54,786 nt of DNA from an uncultured virus (IMG/VR IMGVR_UViG_3300034062_004993). Taxonomy: Duplodnaviria; Heunggongvirae; Uroviricota; Caudoviricetes. This document shows, one piece after another, positions 1-11,316 of this stretch. The notes under the pieces were generated by a model. The model worked only from the letters and a program-made list of their open reading frames with translations. It did no database searches and was not told where the DNA came from. A program made the translations under genes and the position numbers. The stretch's first letter is position 1, and every line of letters starts with the position of its first letter. The stretch is taken from IMG/VR virus record IMGVR_UViG_3300034062_004993. One strand, written 5' to 3'.

Positions 1-771
1 TTGTTCGGGTTCTACTTCACTAAATTGATTATAAACTATAATTTTTTCAACATAAGATTTCTGCAATCTTCCATCAATAGAAAACCTATCACCAATGTTT
101 ATAGTATCGCTGATTGGTGTTACTAATTTTATATAAACCTCGCTTATAAAATCATCATCGCTTCCGTTAAGGTCGCCAATAAACTTTATACTAGCGACAT
201 CAGATATATTATTATTACCAAAATTTAAAATGAATTCAGGCCTATTTTTTGTAAAAATATAATTACTATCGCTTTGAACCCCACTTTGAATTTCTTTTAT
301 TAAATACATTGGTGGATTTTGCAATATACCATTGGCTTTTATTTCGGTTCTATCAGAAGAAATTTCCCCTATTGTTATATTGTTTGTATCCAACCCACCA
401 AAAAAATTGTATAATGGATTATAAACAAGTGTATATACCCCAAAATCAAACCCAGCCTCTCTAATATCTTTTTCAGGAGAAAATGCAAACGAAGTATTTT
501 GTGTTTGTATAAATTTTTTATCGTAAACCGATTTTAATAAATTATTTTCAGTATCGTATATATGTAATTCCAAAGAAGCCGGTATTTCAAAGGAAATAGG
601 AAATGTTGAAAAGTTATCAGTTTTTTGTTTAAGTCTTAATTTAAGGAGGCTATCATCAGGTGATAGTTTTAAATTATAGGAATTAATTTTAGTAGCTTGC
701 GCAAAAGTTTCACCATACACCGGTTTGGTATCTAAAACTTCATTTACATTTACAAATCTATCTAAAGACAT
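1..771 (-). CDS. Putative virion structural protein, runs off window edge
   Basis: ATG at 771; frame reads MSLDRFVNVNEVLDTKPVYG..LELHIYDTENNLL (N-terminal part translated by hand); collinear with baseplate genes. Confidence 0.6.
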   Translation of the reverse strand, partial: MSLDRFVNVNEVLDTKPVYGETFAQATKINSYNLKLSPDDSLLKLRLKQKTDNFSTFPISFEIPASLELHIYDTENNLLKSVYDKKFIQTQNTSFAFSPEKDIREAGFDFGVYTLVYNPLYNFFGGLDTNNITIGEISSDRTEIKANGILQNPPMYLIKEIQSGVQSDSNYIFTKNRPEFILNFGNNNISDVASIKFIGDLNGSDDDFISEVYIKLVTPISDTINIGDRFSIDGRLQKSYVEKIIVYNQFSEVEPEQ

Positions 772-795
772 ATTCTATTTCTTTCTGATTAGAAA

Positions 796-1122
796 TTATT
801 GCATTTCAATAGGGTTATTACCTAACGATGGGTCATTTGTTATTATACCACCACCACCAATACTATTATTGGTAGTAGAAGTTGTAGGAGTGGTAGTCTG
901 ATTATTTTGGTTATTACCTAATATCTGAAAAAACTCAGTACTTCCCGAAATAATTTCCGGCGAAACATCTTCAACATTTGTTGGGATAATTTGTAAAAAA
1001 GAAAGATTTTCAAATTTTCTAACAAAATTATTCAACTCAATTACACCATAAGTATCATTTGAATCTGATAATGAATATGATAGAATTCTTCCTTGATTGT
1101 TTCTTTTTATTTCTCTTTCCAT
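796..1122 (-). CDS. Hypothetical protein (structural module)
   Basis: 108 aa ORF coupled to upstream gene. Confidence 0.6.
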   Translation of the reverse strand: MEREIKRNNQGRILSYSLSDSNDTYGVIELNNFVRKFENLSFLQIIPTNVEDVSPEIISGSTEFFQILGNNQNNQTTTPTTSTTNNSIGGGGIITNDPSLGNNPIEMQ

Positions 1123-2216
1123 TATCTAACTACCTTAAAATAAAAATCATTATCGTAATACTTTTCCAGACCATCAGAATCTATTCTAAAAACAAATTTA
1201 TAATATCTTTCAGGTTGTAATGAATTAAACCAAAAATCAAAATAATTGCTCGTAGAATCACATTCAATCTTTGTATAAGTAGTATCAAATGGGATAATTT
1301 CTAATTCAGTTTCAACATCTATTAATGACCAATAAGAGGATGTTGGTAAATATTTTACGGTAGATAATGCACCACTATTACCAAATGTCCTTTGTGGATA
1401 TCTTTCTCTACCATAAACCCGAATCCTATCTTTTGAATCTTGTTTATATTCGGATTTTAATCCCTTTGTATATAAAACAATATTTTCCGAAGTCAATGCA
1501 GAAAGTGAGCCTGTTTGAAATTGAGAATCATTCCATTTAACTTCTAATGTAGGCACCCATATGGTATGTGTTTCGGTTGAAAAGTATTTTGATACACCAT
1601 ACTTAATTGATGATGTTTCATCGGTATTAGACCTTTTAATTATAAACCCATTATTTTGTCTACTACCATTTAGAATATCATTTACATATTGAGTTATTTC
1701 TATATTTAAATCCGAAACATTTCTACTGAAAGATTGCGAATAAATAGTCCCATTAACAGAGGATGTAAACCATGTTCCACCACCTGCATTAATTGACCAA
1801 TATGAGCCTGAATTTATTGGTGATTGAACACTCCAACTAACATTTGTGTTTCTATAAACCCAGTTTGAATCATTTTCATTGTGAGGTGTATCGGGCAAAG
1901 AACCGACACCTTCCGACCAACTTTGTGATATTGGGTAAATATACAAATCATATTCAGAAGGTATTTCTCTTTCATCGGATGAAATAAGGTTTAAATAATA
2001 TTTTATACTACCAGATATTGTCCCATTATTGATTGATTGTGATATTTGAGATAAGTTAAATTGTATCAATATCCTACTACTACCCAATAGAGTTGTATCA
2101 TCGGTATCAAAAAATTTACCTACTTCCAATATTTCATCTTTTCCCACATTTTGTAATTTTCGTGTAGAATCTTCATATATTGTAGTATCTTTTTGAGGAT
2201 ATATTCTATAAATCAT
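1122..2216 (-). CDS. Putative virion structural protein (DNRLRE-like beta-rich)
   Basis: 364 aa; KDTTIYE..SRILIQF..NNGFIIK..PTLEV motifs; next to baseplate wedge. Confidence 0.55.
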   Translation of the reverse strand: MIYRIYPQKDTTIYEDSTRKLQNVGKDEILEVGKFFDTDDTTLLGSSRILIQFNLSQISQSINNGTISGSIKYYLNLISSDEREIPSEYDLYIYPISQSWSEGVGSLPDTPHNENDSNWVYRNTNVSWSVQSPINSGSYWSINAGGGTWFTSSVNGTIYSQSFSRNVSDLNIEITQYVNDILNGSRQNNGFIIKRSNTDETSSIKYGVSKYFSTETHTIWVPTLEVKWNDSQFQTGSLSALTSENIVLYTKGLKSEYKQDSKDRIRVYGRERYPQRTFGNSGALSTVKYLPTSSYWSLIDVETELEIIPFDTTYTKIECDSTSNYFDFWFNSLQPERYYKFVFRIDSDGLEKYYDNDFYFKVVR

Positions 2217-2226
2217 TTATTTCTCC

Positions 2227-4158
2227 CTAAAATAACGGAACTACTTTACCTCTAATATCCAAATCAGGATACTTTACTTCAAAAATTGATGGGTCTTTTG
2301 CTGGATAAATAATACCATTTCGTGTCGCTTTTTTAATATCATAGATATGTGATGAATATACCCCATTGTATTTATTTACTATTTGTAAACCACCCACACC
2401 ATTTAAATCAGGTCTTACCACAGTCTGAACACCATCTACCCTATCTAACAAAACATAGATATCTGATAATAATATCGGTCTATTAATTTGGGCATCAGGT
2501 ATACTGAAATACTTTTTTAATTCATTAATACACCTTAATAATACTTCATTAGAATTATAATTTGGTAAAACTACTACTTCAAAATTAATACCAATATTGA
2601 TAATGTACACATCTTTAATATTTACAGCATCTGTCAACATTCTATAATAAGAAATATAATTTTTAAGGTTTTGTTTTGTTGCACTATTCAAAGGTGCTAA
2701 GTTTCCGTTTGAATTATATCCACAAGTATATAAATTAATAGCAAGTGGATTTGGTATTTGAAGAGAACCTGCGGATGCAACACCACTTACCATTCTATTG
2801 TAAGATTTAATTTGATAATCGGGTGCTACATATGCTTTTGCAACAGCTCCGAATTGAGCCGGCATTGCATACGCTCTAACAACATAATCTTCTGCGGTTA
2901 CTAATCTGTTTTGGGATGCAAAAAATGCCATAGTGTTATTTCTAACATCTTCAACACTATCTTCTACCTTACCACCACTAGCAGCCTCTTCGTTTATTAC
3001 CGCAACCGAATTTTTTATAGTGTTCCATTGTGCCGTATTTGTTGGAGTTGTTTCATTTTCAAACTCTATGTTTATTATTTGAGTTAAATCTTTTGATATT
3101 ACATTATCAGCAACCCCCTGACCAACTCTATATGTTACAGTCAATGTTGTATTTGCTGGTGCAACTCCATATGTTTTTGTGTAAAGAAAATTAGATGGGT
3201 CTATTGTTTGTGATAAATCAGTCTTTGCTTTATACAAATTAGAACCAACATTATCTGGATTTGGTAATATTTCTTCATCGGCATTTGATGATACCCCTGC
3301 TCCAAATTGCATTGTTATAGAACCATTTTCATCAACCCGTGTAATAAATCTTTTCGGTATTTTTTTTAACCTTAAAAGATATGGGGTTTCGGAACTGTAT
3401 TGGTTTAAGTTTAATGTGTAATCTGAATTATTTGGTATTTGCTCAAAAACAGTATCTTGTGCTAAATAATCTACTTTAGTCCAAGTATCACCATCACCAT
3501 CAACGATTTTTATAACATCAATGATTCCAGTATCATCTATTTTAATTTTATCATATGGTTTTGGTGAACCAAATGTAAAATCAGCCGTTTTTTCTTCCCC
3601 ACTAATTACACTTACACTTTTTTTGAAAAGATATAAAACAGGCTCATCTGTTGTTTCATTTATTTGATAAACCGATATTTCCGTTGGGTCAAATGATGAT
3701 GAAAAAGCAAAATCTACTTTTCTAGTGGTATTAAAAACAACATTTGCATTTTGTGTAGATGAAACCTGCATACCCTCTTTTATTTTTAGGGCGTAATCTA
3801 AATCAGGTCTAACATTGTTTCCCGTACCAATGGCTGGGATTAATTGATATACTATTAAATTAGTTGTGGCGGGTGAATATAATTTTGGTTTATATCCAAG
3901 CGATTGAGCTAATTCAAATAAATTCGTAGTTTCTTTGGCCTGTGTAACAATTGATTCTCTCAATTGAACATCGGTGTAGTATGATAAAACATCCCCAACA
4001 TACGATGCCATCTCCATAAACATCATACCAGGAGATGATTCATTAAAATCATTATAGGTATTTGGGTAGTATTGCTTAGCAAAGTCTACGAGGTTTTTCC
4101 TAAACTCGGAAAAATCCCTACCTATTAAGCTAACTTCTTTTTTTGAATCATTTAACAT
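2227..4158 (-). CDS. Baseplate wedge subunit (T4 gp6 / baseplate J-like)
   Basis: RDFSEFRKNL..YNDFNESSPGMMFMEMASYVGDVLSYY; QNRLVTAEDY motif. Confidence 0.85.
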   Translation of the reverse strand: MLNDSKKEVSLIGRDFSEFRKNLVDFAKQYYPNTYNDFNESSPGMMFMEMASYVGDVLSYYTDVQLRESIVTQAKETTNLFELAQSLGYKPKLYSPATTNLIVYQLIPAIGTGNNVRPDLDYALKIKEGMQVSSTQNANVVFNTTRKVDFAFSSSFDPTEISVYQINETTDEPVLYLFKKSVSVISGEEKTADFTFGSPKPYDKIKIDDTGIIDVIKIVDGDGDTWTKVDYLAQDTVFEQIPNNSDYTLNLNQYSSETPYLLRLKKIPKRFITRVDENGSITMQFGAGVSSNADEEILPNPDNVGSNLYKAKTDLSQTIDPSNFLYTKTYGVAPANTTLTVTYRVGQGVADNVISKDLTQIINIEFENETTPTNTAQWNTIKNSVAVINEEAASGGKVEDSVEDVRNNTMAFFASQNRLVTAEDYVVRAYAMPAQFGAVAKAYVAPDYQIKSYNRMVSGVASAGSLQIPNPLAINLYTCGYNSNGNLAPLNSATKQNLKNYISYYRMLTDAVNIKDVYIINIGINFEVVVLPNYNSNEVLLRCINELKKYFSIPDAQINRPILLSDIYVLLDRVDGVQTVVRPDLNGVGGLQIVNKYNGVYSSHIYDIKKATRNGIIYPAKDPSIFEVKYPDLDIRGKVVPLF

Positions 4159-4167
4159 TTAATACTC

Positions 4168-4602
4168 CTACGCTATTGATAATTCACCTTGACTATCAAC
4201 TTCTAAAATTATTGTTTGGTTAGAACCTTGTTCAGTTACTTTGAATGAAACTTTTATACTTACTTTATTAAAATCCGGTTCAGAATTAACTTCTACCTTT
4301 TGTAATAAAATGTAAGGTAGCCAAAAATTAATATCCTCCGATAAAGATTCTTCTAAATTGGAATCTAATTCACTATCCATATTTTCAAAAAGAAGTGAAT
4401 ATATATCCGAACCAAAAAGTGGTTGGAATACTCTCTCACCTTTTCTGGTTAGTAAAAGATTTTTCAAATTGGAAACTGCTTGCTCTTCAGTCGTATAACT
4501 AAGTTTAAATATAGGACTGCCACCCAATGGTAGCATTACACCAACTGCTTTATTTGGTTTTAAATCAATCGGATTATACCTATATTCTATTCTGTTAGCC
4601 AC
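4168..4602 (-). CDS. Baseplate gp25-like protein
   Basis: NLKNLLLTRKGERVFQPLFGS motif of the GPW/gp25 family. Confidence 0.9.
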   Translation of the reverse strand: MANRIEYRYNPIDLKPNKAVGVMLPLGGSPIFKLSYTTEEQAVSNLKNLLLTRKGERVFQPLFGSDIYSLLFENMDSELDSNLEESLSEDINFWLPYILLQKVEVNSEPDFNKVSIKVSFKVTEQGSNQTIILEVDSQGELSIA

Positions 4603-4605
4603 TTA

Positions 4606-5103
4606 TCATCCTCTTTTTTTATTGTTTATAGCCTGCATCAGTTGAGAATAATCTTTGGTTAAAGCATTTACAACCGCCTCACCATGTGGTGTTTGTGATA
4701 ATCTATCCATTGATATCGCATTACCATCAACATCTTGTACTACACTATTTGCAGTATTCATAGTATTGTTCATAGAACCAAATCCCTGTGCCATATCCGA
4801 TGTAAACGAATGACCACCATTAATATCTCTCCACTCACCACTTTGATAAGTTTCATTCAATACAGATGATAATACAGAATTACCCCCAAATAATTTATTT
4901 TGTTTTGGTTTTTGTTTTGTTTCAAAGAGGTGTTCAACATCCAAAGGGTCTTTTTCTACAAAAGATGTTTTTGTAATATGAGTTCCCCTTTTCAATTCTT
5001 TTAAGATAGATTCTTTCAACTGCTTTCTTTCTAAAGCAAGTTGTTTTTTAACTTCACTTTCAATAATGAGTTTTATTGCCTGAATTAATTTTGCTGTGTT
5101 CAT
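4606..5103 (-). CDS. Conserved phage hypothetical protein
   Basis: 165 aa ORF in operon. Confidence 0.7.
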   Translation of the reverse strand: MNTAKLIQAIKLIIESEVKKQLALERKQLKESILKELKRGTHITKTSFVEKDPLDVEHLFETKQKPKQNKLFGGNSVLSSVLNETYQSGEWRDINGGHSFTSDMAQGFGSMNNTMNTANSVVQDVDGNAISMDRLSQTPHGEAVVNALTKDYSQLMQAINNKKRG

Positions 5104-5134
5104 AATAATAAATATAATTTTTTATAATAATTAG

Positions 5135-6079
5135 TTATCCTATACCTTGTTTAAGTTTTAGTAATATACTAGCAATTTGTGGATGAGCGGTTGTTGCATT
5201 TCCTACTACTGGGAAAGTTCCCCTAGCTAATGTTTCTATCGCTGATATAATTAAATTAATTGTAGTGGTGTATTCCGATGTAGATATTGCTATATCTTTT
5301 TTTGACGATATAATTATATTATCTTTTTTACTATTAAAAATTAATCTATCGGAATTTATTATAACTTGCGGATTTGAAAATTGAGATATATTAGAAACTG
5401 ATGTTCTATTTGATGGTGTAATCCCAACTTTTTGATTAGAAGTCATCCAAATAGATGAATCATCTTTATTTATATCCTCCAAAACAAATTTATCGTAACC
5501 CTTTTTATTACTTTCGTTTTGAGTATTCCTTAAAATTGTTATTGGTTTATTTGGATTTGAAGATTGCCATGTTGGTAATCTTTGTGCATCACTTTCATTT
5601 GGTGTGTATCCAAAACGAATGGATTGACCAAATCTACCTTCAAATATAGTATCACCTATGTAGGGTTGTAATTGTGATAAATTACTAATTTCAGAAAACC
5701 CTTTACCAAAATTTTGATTATTATCTTCTACCGAAGAATTGTTTGGTATTGTTTGGGATGTATATGTAGTAGCATTAAAAGATTGTGCAGTATTTACAAT
5801 AGATTTTGGTAATGGGTTATTATTTATAGCTCTTTGTAAAAAAGTTGGCGACATATAATAATAGTCATATCCACCAGAAAGAGGGCCCGATGTTGCCCCC
5901 ATACCATTTATTAAATAAACTTGTTCTCCAATAATTGGAACTGATTTGATATAAGGATTTAATGGATATGCAAATTCAGTTGAGGCGTTACCAAAAGACC
6001 TTTTAATAGAAACCCTTATTTTGTAAATATCATTTGGATTTCCATCTTTCAAAAAAACTTCAGTTACTTCACCAAGCAT
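5135..6079 (-). CDS. Putative baseplate hub/spike protein (gp5/gpV-like)
   Basis: PIIGEQVY, GDTIFEGRFGQSIRFG, QVIINSDRLIFNSK; position next to gp25. Confidence 0.55.
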   Translation of the reverse strand: MLGEVTEVFLKDGNPNDIYKIRVSIKRSFGNASTEFAYPLNPYIKSVPIIGEQVYLINGMGATSGPLSGGYDYYYMSPTFLQRAINNNPLPKSIVNTAQSFNATTYTSQTIPNNSSVEDNNQNFGKGFSEISNLSQLQPYIGDTIFEGRFGQSIRFGYTPNESDAQRLPTWQSSNPNKPITILRNTQNESNKKGYDKFVLEDINKDDSSIWMTSNQKVGITPSNRTSVSNISQFSNPQVIINSDRLIFNSKKDNIIISSKKDIAISTSEYTTTINLIISAIETLARGTFPVVGNATTAHPQIASILLKLKQGIG

Positions 6080-6438
6080 TATTCATCCTCATCCTTTTTC
6101 AGAGATTCTATTTTAGAATCAATATCATCTTTTGCTTCCAATAACTGGCGCTTTTCTTCTTCAGATAATAAGAGTCCACCATCACCATCTGCTTTATCTA
6201 AAAGTTTTTGAGCTATTGCAGCCATTCTAACCAATTGGTCATCGTTCTTTACCGAAACTTCTAAATATTCTTTAATAAGTGGAACAACAACTGAAGCATC
6301 ATTTAGGTTTTTAACCAATGGTTCTAACTGAGCAATCAGTAATTTAATCTGTCTATCTTTTTTACGGGAATTATCGTAAATATCTTTTAATAAAGATGAA
6401 AACGATGTTCCTTTAAATATATCATCATCCTTTGTCAT
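6079..6438 (-). CDS. Conserved phage hypothetical protein
   Basis: 119 aa helical ORF, coupled to neighbours. Confidence 0.7.
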   Translation of the reverse strand: MTKDDDIFKGTSFSSLLKDIYDNSRKKDRQIKLLIAQLEPLVKNLNDASVVVPLIKEYLEVSVKNDDQLVRMAAIAQKLLDKADGDGGLLLSEEEKRQLLEAKDDIDSKIESLKKDEDE

Positions 6439-7156
6439 AATACCTTTCTACATTGTGATTTAATTTAAGAATACCCTTTTTTGAATAATCCGTATTTAAT
6501 TCCACAAAAATTATTTTCATTTTACCTATAACCCTTGTAATATATTGCGTACTTACTCCTGTCCTATCTCTTATAAGTATGTAAAGAGCCTTTTTGTTGT
6601 ATGAGTATAAATCTCTTCTATTTCTAAATAACTCATTTACCGAATCAGCTATCTTTCTATCTCTATCCTTTATAAAGATTTTATCTAAATTACAATCAAT
6701 ATATTCGGTATAAAAATCCATAAAATCTGATTTTTCTTCCAATAACTCATACCCAGCCACCTCATTGGGAACATTTCTTCCAATATCAACAGAATCCAAT
6801 TTTTCATGTATTTTCATCTTTGAATAATTGGCGTTGTTTTCATTAAATAAAAAATTACGCGCTATGACTGTAAAGTAAGAAAATGCTTTTCCTTTTTCAC
6901 CTTTAAACTTATGCATTTTTTCATTTAAAAACGCAACTACAGATGCTTTGGTATCTTCATACCCATCATCAAAATAATAAGTTTTATAGGTGTGTATTAC
7001 ATTCTCTGCCAATTTATCAAATGGGTATTCTATAAATCTGTTATAGATTTTATTTTTTAAACTTTGATTATCACAATTATTAAAAGCGTTTATTGCAATT
7101 TCAGTTATATTTGTAAAATATCTTTTACTTTGCGGATTCTTCCGTTTTCTCGCCAT
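6425..7156 (-). CDS. Phage RNA polymerase sigma factor-like protein (gp55-like)
   Basis: KGKAFSYFTVIARN resembles sigma region 2 of phage late sigma factors. Confidence 0.6.
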   Translation of the reverse strand: MARKRKNPQSKRYFTNITEIAINAFNNCDNQSLKNKIYNRFIEYPFDKLAENVIHTYKTYYFDDGYEDTKASVVAFLNEKMHKFKGEKGKAFSYFTVIARNFLFNENNANYSKMKIHEKLDSVDIGRNVPNEVAGYELLEEKSDFMDFYTEYIDCNLDKIFIKDRDRKIADSVNELFRNRRDLYSYNKKALYILIRDRTGVSTQYITRVIGKMKIIFVELNTDYSKKGILKLNHNVERYYDKG

Positions 7157-7436
7157 AATACATATCCAATTCTTCTATTATACTATACATTTCTCTAAAT
7201 ACATAACCCGTCTCATCATTTGCTTCAAACGAACCAATTTTATCTATTGATTTCATTCGTTCCATAGCATTCTGAATCTTCTCATCCATAAATTGGATTA
7301 CCTTTTGTGATTCATCGTATTGCTTTTCCATCTCATCAAAATTATCATCTGCCGTTTCTAATTTCCTTAAAAGATTCCAAACAAAAAACCCTAACCCAAT
7401 ATCGGTTAAAAGTAATAAAATTAAAATTGTAACCAT
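7125..7436 (-). CDS. Small membrane-anchored coiled-coil protein
   Basis: N-terminal hydrophobic helix followed by heptads. Confidence 0.6.
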   Translation of the reverse strand: MVTILILLLLTDIGLGFFVWNLLRKLETADDNFDEMEKQYDESQKVIQFMDEKIQNAMERMKSIDKIGSFEANDETGYVFREMYSIIEELDMYYGEKTEESAK

Positions 7437-7440
7437 ACTA

Positions 7441-8241
7441 TCAATCCTCCATTATATCTTTAAATGCGTCAAACACCAAATCTACTTTTGGTTTATCCTC
7501 TTCAGATTTACCATTCATTATTTTTTCAAATTTGGATAAATTTTTACCTGGTGTTTGAATAGTACCTCTAGTTCCTTTTAGTTTTTTACCATCATTAACC
7601 CACCTATTATATTCATATTTTGAAGCCATAAAATCGGCCTGATGTAGAATATGGGGTAAAAATGTTTTTAATTGATTTTCAGGATTAAAACTTTTATAAT
7701 AACTTTCAGTTGAAGAGTCATACAAACCATCAGTCAATCTAATAGCAAGATATTCTTCCTCACTACAACTTACTCCAAAGTGATTTAACAAAAAGAATGT
7801 TCTATCGTGAATTTCCATCCAATGTAAATTTGGGTTTGATTTATAAATCTTTCCCTGATTTTTTACATGCCACTCAGAATCATTTTTTTTATACCAATCA
7901 TCATTAACCGAACCAACCTTACCCAAATCGTGATGAAGGGCTGAAAATATAATTGATTCTCTTGTAATATCCTCAGTAACCATATCCAACTCTTTCCATA
8001 AATCAAACACTTTTAATGCGTTTCTCGTTACTCTTAAAATATGGTCAATATAACCACCAGGAAAAGCATTGTGAAAATGCTCAAATGATGAAGCAGGTGT
8101 ATAGATAATCCTTTCTTCTAAATGGTCATACATTTTGTTTAGGGCATCCAATCGGTCACCACTAAACTCCTGATTAATAAGTTTTCTAAACTTTTTGTAA
8201 TTTTCCAGCAATTCGTCTGGAGTAAAAAAATCAAAATACAT
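7441..8241 (-). CDS. HD-domain phosphohydrolase
   Basis: HNAFPGGYIDH..ALHHDLGKVG..HQAD. Confidence 0.85.
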   Translation of the reverse strand: MYFDFFTPDELLENYKKFRKLINQEFSGDRLDALNKMYDHLEERIIYTPASSFEHFHNAFPGGYIDHILRVTRNALKVFDLWKELDMVTEDITRESIIFSALHHDLGKVGSVNDDWYKKNDSEWHVKNQGKIYKSNPNLHWMEIHDRTFFLLNHFGVSCSEEEYLAIRLTDGLYDSSTESYYKSFNPENQLKTFLPHILHQADFMASKYEYNRWVNDGKKLKGTRGTIQTPGKNLSKFEKIMNGKSEEDKPKVDLVFDAFKDIMED

Positions 8242-8243
8242 AA

Positions 8244-8870
8244 TTAAATAATTTTATCAATGATACCCAATTCTAATGCTTCTTTGGATGATAGGAACAG
8301 GTCCGATTGTTGGTTTGATGTCCACCACTCTTTTGGTTTTTTTGTAAATTCTGCCATTAAAGAATTACATTCATCCTCTAATTGGTCTGCAAACTTTGCG
8401 TTAGATTTTACATCACTCAATTTACCTGCTGCGAAAGTAGATAATTGGTGAACCATAATTTTTGAGTGCTTTGATGCAACTCTAACCCCTGTACCAGATG
8501 CCAATAAGAGAGCAGCGGCTGACATTGCAATACCTCTACACACAATATTAAATTTAATTTCAGTATGGGTTCTAATATAATCAATAATACCCAAACATTC
8601 CATTACATCACCTCCACCGGAGTTAAGTAGTATTGTAATCACATCCGTATTAGGGTTTATTTTTTTAAGTAAACGTGTTTTAGCAATAAATTCTGCTAAC
8701 AACCCAATTTGAATTTCATCGTTGATTACAATAATATTATCACTAATATCAATACCATAATCAAACTCCCTAAAATATTGTTTATAAGGGTCATCTTCAC
8801 TATTCTCTTTCGTGTTGATATAATTTACATTTTTTACTGTTTGGTCGCTGACCGAATATAGTTCATCCAT
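8244..8870 (-). CDS. clpP: ClpP-like protease subunit
   Basis: NSGGGDV, GIAMSAA (Ser), IMVHQ (His), D..S.KEALELGIID. Confidence 0.85.
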   Translation of the reverse strand: MDELYSVSDQTVKNVNYINTKENSEDDPYKQYFREFDYGIDISDNIIVINDEIQIGLLAEFIAKTRLLKKINPNTDVITILLNSGGGDVMECLGIIDYIRTHTEIKFNIVCRGIAMSAAALLLASGTGVRVASKHSKIMVHQLSTFAAGKLSDVKSNAKFADQLEDECNSLMAEFTKKPKEWWTSNQQSDLFLSSKEALELGIIDKII

Positions 8871-8931
8871 TTTTATTTAATTTAGTTTAAATTTATTACA
8901 ATATACGAAAAAAATGATAATATTCCAAATT

Positions 8932-9951
8932 TTATCGCTTATATCTATCTGCTCCAGTTACTTTATATGAGTGTAATGGTGGTGTTGGGTTGGGGTTGGC
9001 ATTTTCATTGTATAGATTAACACCTTCCTCAGTTGTTGGTTCAAATACCACATCCGGCTTTTCTTCAATCGGAGTTTTAATTTTAGATTCAATCTCTCCT
9101 ACAACATCTTCTTTTTTTTCAATAAATTTTAAATCTTCATCGTTTTCTGAAATAGTTTTTTGGATATTTTCTTTTAATTCTTTTACAAGTTTATTTAAAG
9201 CAATAACCATTGCGATTGCAAGTGGGTCGAATACCAATACAATTAATAAGGTAAACCAATTTACAATTTTATCCATACCCCACCCAGTTAATTTATCCAA
9301 ATATCGTAAAGGACCAATTTCAGCCGCAACATCATTATTAGATTCCTTATCCAAAATAACTAAATCCAACGATGTCAACGAATCATTCATCGCTTCTATT
9401 TTTATGGTTAATTCATCCCTCTGCTTAATAGCAGTTTTTAATTCAGAACTCAACACCTTTCGTTGTGAAACCGCACCTCGTTCGGTTAATGAGTTATTAC
9501 TTGCCAACCCACCCCTAAGTGATGATATGGATGTTTCCAATATTCTTTTTTCTTGATTGTAATCCGTAAGCTGCTCTTTAAACCTCGTTCTTTTAATATC
9601 TACCACACCAACTTCTTTGTTTAAGATATTAAACTTATCGCTTGTAGTTTGATACGCTGATGTTAAAAAACCATATATACCCAATGATGTAATCATCATA
9701 AGAACCACAACCGCTGATGTTAAATACCATTTTAACCAACCAATAGTTTTCCAATAATTGTGGAGATAGGATGCTAATATCAATTTAGCAAATTCCAAAG
9801 AACCCGCCATAATAATTACTTCGGTTCTAGCTCCAGCAAACAAAGAACTTAATCCAAAAACAGAATAGTATGCAGCAGAACCTGCGAGACTGAATGTTGA
9901 TAAAATCATTAAAGTTATGAAACCATTTTTTCTCGTAAAAAATTTTTTCAT
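8932..9951 (-). CDS. Multi-pass membrane coiled-coil protein
   Basis: Three N-terminal TM segments, coiled coil, fourth TM with VFDPLA. Confidence 0.7.
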   Translation of the reverse strand: MKKFFTRKNGFITLMILSTFSLAGSAAYYSVFGLSSLFAGARTEVIIMAGSLEFAKLILASYLHNYWKTIGWLKWYLTSAVVVLMMITSLGIYGFLTSAYQTTSDKFNILNKEVGVVDIKRTRFKEQLTDYNQEKRILETSISSLRGGLASNNSLTERGAVSQRKVLSSELKTAIKQRDELTIKIEAMNDSLTSLDLVILDKESNNDVAAEIGPLRYLDKLTGWGMDKIVNWFTLLIVLVFDPLAIAMVIALNKLVKELKENIQKTISENDEDLKFIEKKEDVVGEIESKIKTPIEEKPDVVFEPTTEEGVNLYNENANPNPTPPLHSYKVTGADRYKR

Positions 9952-10094
9952 ATTTTTTCCATTTTTTTAACTTTACTAACTTTCCCAGTTGTATTTATTA
10001 TCAAAACCTTTTTTGTTAAAATAGTTACTTGTAAAAATAAGTAACTTGTTAATATAAAATAAATATAAAAAAAATGATAATAAGTTCAAACGGG

Positions 10095-10988
10095 TTAATT
10101 ATGCCCATACTTATTCAAATAAGTAAGAACTGCTAATTCTTTCATTTTTGCTTCAACTTCAATATCCAAATCATATCCATAAGTATTAATCTTATCAAAA
10201 ATATAATCGGAATGGGCTTGTGGCATTTTACCAATAGCAGATTCTGAATAATGAACTACGGGTTTAATACCTTTCGGCCAAGTTGACATAGCCATTTCCA
10301 AAGCTTCTCTTTCTGATAAATCACCTGTACAAAATTTGTGGTGGTGATAATCAAATACAATAGGAATACCAATTTGTTTGTGTATATACATCAGGTCTTT
10401 TACTGAATACATACTTGCTTTATCATCATTTTCTACCGTCAGCCTGGTTTTAACCGAGTCAGGTAACCTATCAAAGTTTCGGCAGAACCTATCCATCGCT
10501 GAAACCTTATCCCCATAGACACCATTACAATGGATATTGATTACATTATAGGGGGTTCTACTCAACCCCATAAGGTCAAACACCTCCCCATGCAGCGAAA
10601 GGTCTGTTATGCTGTTTAGAACCACCTTTTCGTTGGGTGAAACAAGCACATTAAAGGGGCCAGGATGAGATGTAATTCGTTGCCCATAGTTGGATACCAA
10701 TACCCCAATACCCTTCAAGAGATTGGATATAGGAGCAAAATGCGGCATGGATGATAGTTGGTATTCAGATGACCAGGGGAATAGGTTAGAAGTGATTCTA
10801 AAGAGTTTTATACCCTGTTGTTCATTCCAATTAATGATTTCTACCAAGTCTCTGGTGTTTTGTAACCCCAATTCAGAAGCCCTATCAATACCCTCTTTTA
10901 AGAAGGTCTTTTTAATCATACTCCTATTTGTGGTAATCTTTTTCTTGCCCAATGTCATATTGATGCAAGCATATCCTAAATTTGACAT
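10095..10988 (-). CDS. uvsE: UV damage endonuclease
   Basis: LGYACIN, HPGPF, TVENDD, VFDYHHH, HSDY, EVEAKMKE. Confidence 0.92.
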   Translation of the reverse strand: MSNLGYACINMTLGKKKITTNRSMIKKTFLKEGIDRASELGLQNTRDLVEIINWNEQQGIKLFRITSNLFPWSSEYQLSSMPHFAPISNLLKGIGVLVSNYGQRITSHPGPFNVLVSPNEKVVLNSITDLSLHGEVFDLMGLSRTPYNVINIHCNGVYGDKVSAMDRFCRNFDRLPDSVKTRLTVENDDKASMYSVKDLMYIHKQIGIPIVFDYHHHKFCTGDLSEREALEMAMSTWPKGIKPVVHYSESAIGKMPQAHSDYIFDKINTYGYDLDIEVEAKMKELAVLTYLNKYGHN

Positions 10989-11316
10989 AATAAGTTTTTA
11001 TTTTTTGCGTGGTAGTTTTACATATATCCACAGCAATATAGGTGAAAATATAATAAGTAAAAGGAGTGATTGGAGTCGTTGTTTAACCCCTAACTTCATC
11101 AGTAACTCCGTTATTAAATTCTAATAGAATTAGTTCTGCCGTTTCAGCATCAACCCACCCGGCCATCTCCGTCAAATCACCTACCCAATATTTACCATAC
11201 TTTTGTGGTAAATCACATATACCTAAAAATGTTTTCATAATTTTTAATTTTTATTTTGTAATCAAAGATAATCATAAAATCCCAAAGTTCCAAATTATTT
11301 TGGGATAAATATATTT